From: Gaiellaceae bacterium
GTDB taxonomy: Bacteria; Actinomycetota; Thermoleophilia; Gaiellales; Gaiellaceae
Length of the DNA stretch: 64,000 nucleotides
Assembly: GCA_036824055.1 (NCBI GenBank)
Contig: DAITAW010000004.1
Location: 2,114-66,113, forward strand
Direction: 5' to 3'
Positions 61,560 through 64,000 of the stretch are shown here, in pieces. The notes beneath the pieces are model-generated. The model was not told where the DNA came from and made no database searches. It saw nothing but the letters and a program-made list of their open reading frames with translations. The translations under genes were made by a program, and so were the position numbers. The stretch's first letter is position 1; each line of letters opens with the position of its first letter.

Positions 61560-62945
61560 CTACGCGACGGCTGGCAGAGCGTTCGTTGAGGGTGGGAGAA
61601 CGACGCGGAAGGTCGCCCCGTTGCCTTGATCGCTCTCGACCGAGACGGAGCCGCCGTGCGCCTCTGCGATCCCTTTGACGATCGAGAGGCCGAGACCTGT
61701 TCCGGCGATAACGTTCTGCGTCGCGGCGTCAGCCCGAAAGAAGCGTTGGAACAGGCTGTCCTGCTCGGTCTTCGGGATCCCGATCCCGTTGTCTTGGAAT
61801 TCAAACGCTGTTGAGCCGTCGGGTTCAAGCTTGAGGCGAACATCGACACGTCCACCATTCGGGGTGAACTTCAAGGAGTTGGAGAGAAGATTGTCGAGCA
61901 ACTGCGAGAGGCGGGCGCGGTCGCCGCTGATGTCGGGAATATCCTGTACATGGCCGACGAGGTTGATCTGGCGTTCGTCCGCAGTGGGGCGCGCCGAGGC
62001 GATCGCCTCTTCGACCAGTTCCCCCGGCCGTAAAGGTGCGAGCGCGAGCTCGAGCTCGAGCTCGAGCTTACCGGAGTCATCTTGGGCCACGAAGAGGAGA
62101 TCGCCGACGAGGCTTACGAGTCGTTCCGAGTTACGCTGGATGACGCTAAGGAACTCGCGGGCTTGGGGCGAGACGCTCTCTTCGTCAATCAGTTCGAGGT
62201 AGCCGCGGATCGAGGTGAGCGGGGTTCGAAGCTCGTGTGAGACGGTCGCGACGAACTCATCTTTCGTCCGGTCGACCTCGCGTAGCCGATCGTGGCGCTC
62301 GATTGCGAAGCGAGTGGTTTCGGCTTCGATTCGGCGCTTCGCCTCGACTCGGCTGACTCGCCAGAACAACAGCGCGATGATGGCGAGCGTTCCGAGCATC
62401 GCAGCCGCCGTCCCGGCGATCGTCGTCGTGATGGTCGAGGCCGCCACCTTGGCGAGGCGCGCGCCTTCCTGCTCCAACTCTGTCTGAAGAAGGCTCAGGC
62501 TCGGCACGACAACGTCTCGGTCATAGGTGTTGCCTTGGGTGTCCGACCCCGGCACGATGCCCACGAGCCGCTCGAGCACGCGGAAGTGGGCCGCAGAGAG
62601 TTCGCCTATGCGCCGAAGCGCAGGGCTGGAGTCGAGTCGTGCCAGTTGGCGGAGCTCGGCAGCGACGGTCATATACTCGGCATTGAGTTCGCTCACAACG
62701 TCTGCTCTGGATCGCCCGGCCTGGGTGCCCCAAGGGATCAATGCGGCTTCGTTGTGGGCTGACCCGAGCGCGGAGATGACTAGTTGGGCCTGGCGAGCGG
62801 TGTCGACCCGATGTACGAGCTTACTGACACCGAGCGTCGATCCCCCAGCGAGCGCTAATGCGAACAAGATCAGGAACCATGTAGAGATTCGGGTTCTAGG
62901 GCGAGCGTCTGCGGTGCCGAAGGGGTCGGCATCTGTTCGGCGCAT
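61560..62945 (-). CDS. Sensor histidine kinase (orphan; two TM segments, HisKA plus HATPase_c)
   Basis: H-box FVATVSHELRTPLTSIRGY, N-box LLDNLLSNSLKFT, G-boxes DNGIGIP and GTGLGLSIVKGIAEAHGG. Start taken at the ATG at 62945. The ORF is open to 63035. Confidence 0.85.
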   Translation of the reverse strand: MRRTDADPFGTADARPRTRISTWFLILFALALAGGSTLGVSKLVHRVDTARQAQLVISALGSAHNEAALIPWGTQAGRSRADVVSELNAEYMTVAAELRQLARLDSSPALRRIGELSAAHFRVLERLVGIVPGSDTQGNTYDRDVVVPSLSLLQTELEQEGARLAKVAASTITTTIAGTAAAMLGTLAIIALLFWRVSRVEAKRRIEAETTRFAIERHDRLREVDRTKDEFVATVSHELRTPLTSIRGYLELIDEESVSPQAREFLSVIQRNSERLVSLVGDLLFVAQDDSGKLELELELALAPLRPGELVEEAIASARPTADERQINLVGHVQDIPDISGDRARLSQLLDNLLSNSLKFTPNGGRVDVRLKLEPDGSTAFEFQDNGIGIPKTEQDSLFQRFFRADAATQNVIAGTGLGLSIVKGIAEAHGGSVSVESDQGNGATFRVVLPPSTNALPAVA

Positions 62946-63156
62946 ACGTTCACTATCGGCGCCGCTAGAGGTACAGATTTGCTCCCCGAACTGCGTCCCG
63001 ACGTGTACCCCAAAACGGGGATACTCCGGCTTCAACCGCTTGTGGAAGTGGCACTCGCTTCGTCAGCGCTCGCGGAGGTTCGGCCGGGAGTCTCCGGCCT
63101 GACGTCCGTAGCAGGTTGGGTGCGTGGCGTCACCAAACCCCTTGACGCCCAGCGCG

Positions 63157-63516
63157 TCAGTTGGCGCGGCGCCCCCGGTTGCGGCCTAAAAACCACTCGG
63201 GGGAAAAAGGACATGGCGAGGGTGTCCGTCGAACCTCGGTCCCCGTCGAAGGATACGCCTCCCCCTGGGGGTGCCAGTTGTTTCCGTGGCGGGTCGCTTC
63301 GCCCTGTTCTCTTGCGAGTTGCATGCCGGCTGCGACGTTGGGCATGTCGAGGACGCAGTCGAGGTGGAGGAGACCCCCGCCGCCGCCGGTTGCGTCGTGC
63401 GGACGACTGAACAGCATAAAGCCGGAGTCCCATTCGTGCTCAGGCTCGAGGTAGGAGACCGCCATGACGTCGTCGCCGTCGATGACTCCTTGGTCGCAGA
63501 TGACGGCCCGTGTCAT
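63157..63516 (-). CDS. Hypothetical protein, DUF2185/immunity-protein-like
   Basis: GVIDGDDVMAVSYLEPEHEWDSGFMLFS...LLHLDCVLDMPNVAAGMQL resembles the DUF2185 pattern (acidic loop plus DSGW/F). From memory only. Confidence 0.35.
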   Translation of the reverse strand: MTRAVICDQGVIDGDDVMAVSYLEPEHEWDSGFMLFSRPHDATGGGGGLLHLDCVLDMPNVAAGMQLAREQGEATRHGNNWHPQGEAYPSTGTEVRRTPSPCPFSPEWFLGRNRGRRAN

Positions 63517-63579
63517 CGCCACCGCACCCGTAGTTCGTCCGGGAGTTTGTTGCTGCGCCGTGCGTTGCATGAGCGGTGG

Positions 63580-63654
63580 AGCAGCGCGGAGATTGGCCGG
63601 GTGGTCGCCGCCGCCGAGGCTGCGTGGAATGTAGTGGTCCGCGACGAACGGGTC
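63580..63654 (-). pseudogene. HNH-endonuclease motif remnant
   Basis: DPFVADHYIPRSLGGGDHPANLRAA matches the DH-x-P-x-S-x-GG...NL core of HNH nucleases. It lacks the flanking Cys/Asn elements, and the surrounding frame is junk. Confidence 0.25.
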
Positions 63655-63896
63655 ATTAGGTCGCGCCAGGCGATACCCACGACGAGGCGCTTTTGTGTGC
63701 GGAGGCGGGCGCCTATCTGGCGGGGATCGTGATGATCGGCGCTGCCCTTGAGGCGATGCTGCTCGCAACCGCCACCACATTCGAGGCTGAGCTGCGCGCA
63801 GAAGGGATCTGGCCCTAAGAGAGACCCGCTCCAAAATTGCTCGGACGGTGCTTACCTCGGTGACACCTCGACGGTAGAAAACCGCCGATTTGCAGC

Positions 63897-63922
63897 CGGG
63901 TTCGAATCCCGTATGGGCCTTT
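63897..63922 (+). repeat. 26-bp direct repeat, copy 2 (partial tRNA-Glu T-arm/acceptor; attR-like)
   Basis: CGGGTTCGAATCCCGTATGGGCCTTT is identical to 57261-57286. No matching 5' half of a tRNA lies upstream. Confidence 0.85.
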
Positions 63923-64000
63923 TTCAGTGCGCGCGGTCGGATCGCCGACGTGCTTAGGAACGACGAGGCAAACCGTGGTCAGGCCCGCTCCGTAAGAGAG

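Larger units (their letters stand above)
57287..63896. mobile_element. Putative decayed integrative island inserted at the tRNA-Glu 3' end (about 6.6 kb, no integrase seen)
   Basis: Bounded by the 26-bp direct repeat. It contains small hypothetical genes, paralogous Zn-ribbon genes, an orphan histidine kinase and gene remnants, with patches of lower GC. Confidence 0.5.

Noticed and set aside
63811-63923. Possible complete second tRNA at the right end of the island
   Set aside because: GGCCCTA at 63811 could pair only 5/7 with the ATGGGCC acceptor strand. The span is about 110 nt, with no foldable D or anticodon arms. I interpret it as a partial tRNA-Glu 3' copy (att site).

Overview
This is a high-GC, actinobacterial-type chromosomal segment. 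Hand counts give 40/60 G+C at 14161-14220 in the core, against 27/60 at 5941-6000 in an accessory stretch. No similarity search was possible, so every call rests on motif and architecture recognition in the supplied ORF translations and on reading the DNA directly.

Core content:
- A complete dcw cell-wall/division cluster at about 12.4-27.7 kb: mraZ-rsmH-ftsL-ftsI-[DUF4260, opposite strand]-murE-murF-mraY-[small methyltransferase-like ORF]-murD-ftsW-murG-murC-murB-ftsQ-ftsZ.
- The glycine cleavage operon gcvT-gcvH-gcvPA-gcvPB (27.9-32.2 kb).
- msrB-msrA, a MarR/MFS pair, rlmN, a GH13 glucosidase, a stand-alone MshEN-type domain protein and threonine aldolase.
- A MacB-like ABC exporter, a Ca2+/H+ antiporter, nfo and gltX.
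- A receiver protein followed by three peptidases (M3-like, M14, S8), and an FkbM-DUF1232 fusion.
- Divergent tRNA-Gln(CUG) and tRNA-Glu(CUC).

Two accessory regions stand out:
1. A lower-GC insertion of about 6.7 kb (about 1.9-8.6 kb) sits between two 5'-truncated genes. It carries a tightly coupled operon of two DUF1863/ThsB-like TIR proteins, a caspase-like C14 protease, a free-standing SLOG domain protein and a canonical TIR protein. A three-gene cassette of unknown function follows. Two LexA (Cheo/SOS) box matches lie at the head of the region. I consider the TIR/caspase/SLOG operon the best candidate for a novel Thoeris-like, nucleotide-signalling immune system.
2. A region of about 6.6 kb (57.3-63.9 kb) is bounded by a 26-bp direct repeat of the tRNA-Glu 3' end. 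It holds small hypothetical genes, paralogous zinc-ribbon genes, an orphan histidine kinase and decayed HNH/immunity-like remnants. I saw no integrase.

I recognised no rRNA, CRISPR array or transposase. The many long antisense ORFs in the track are high-GC shadow ORFs.
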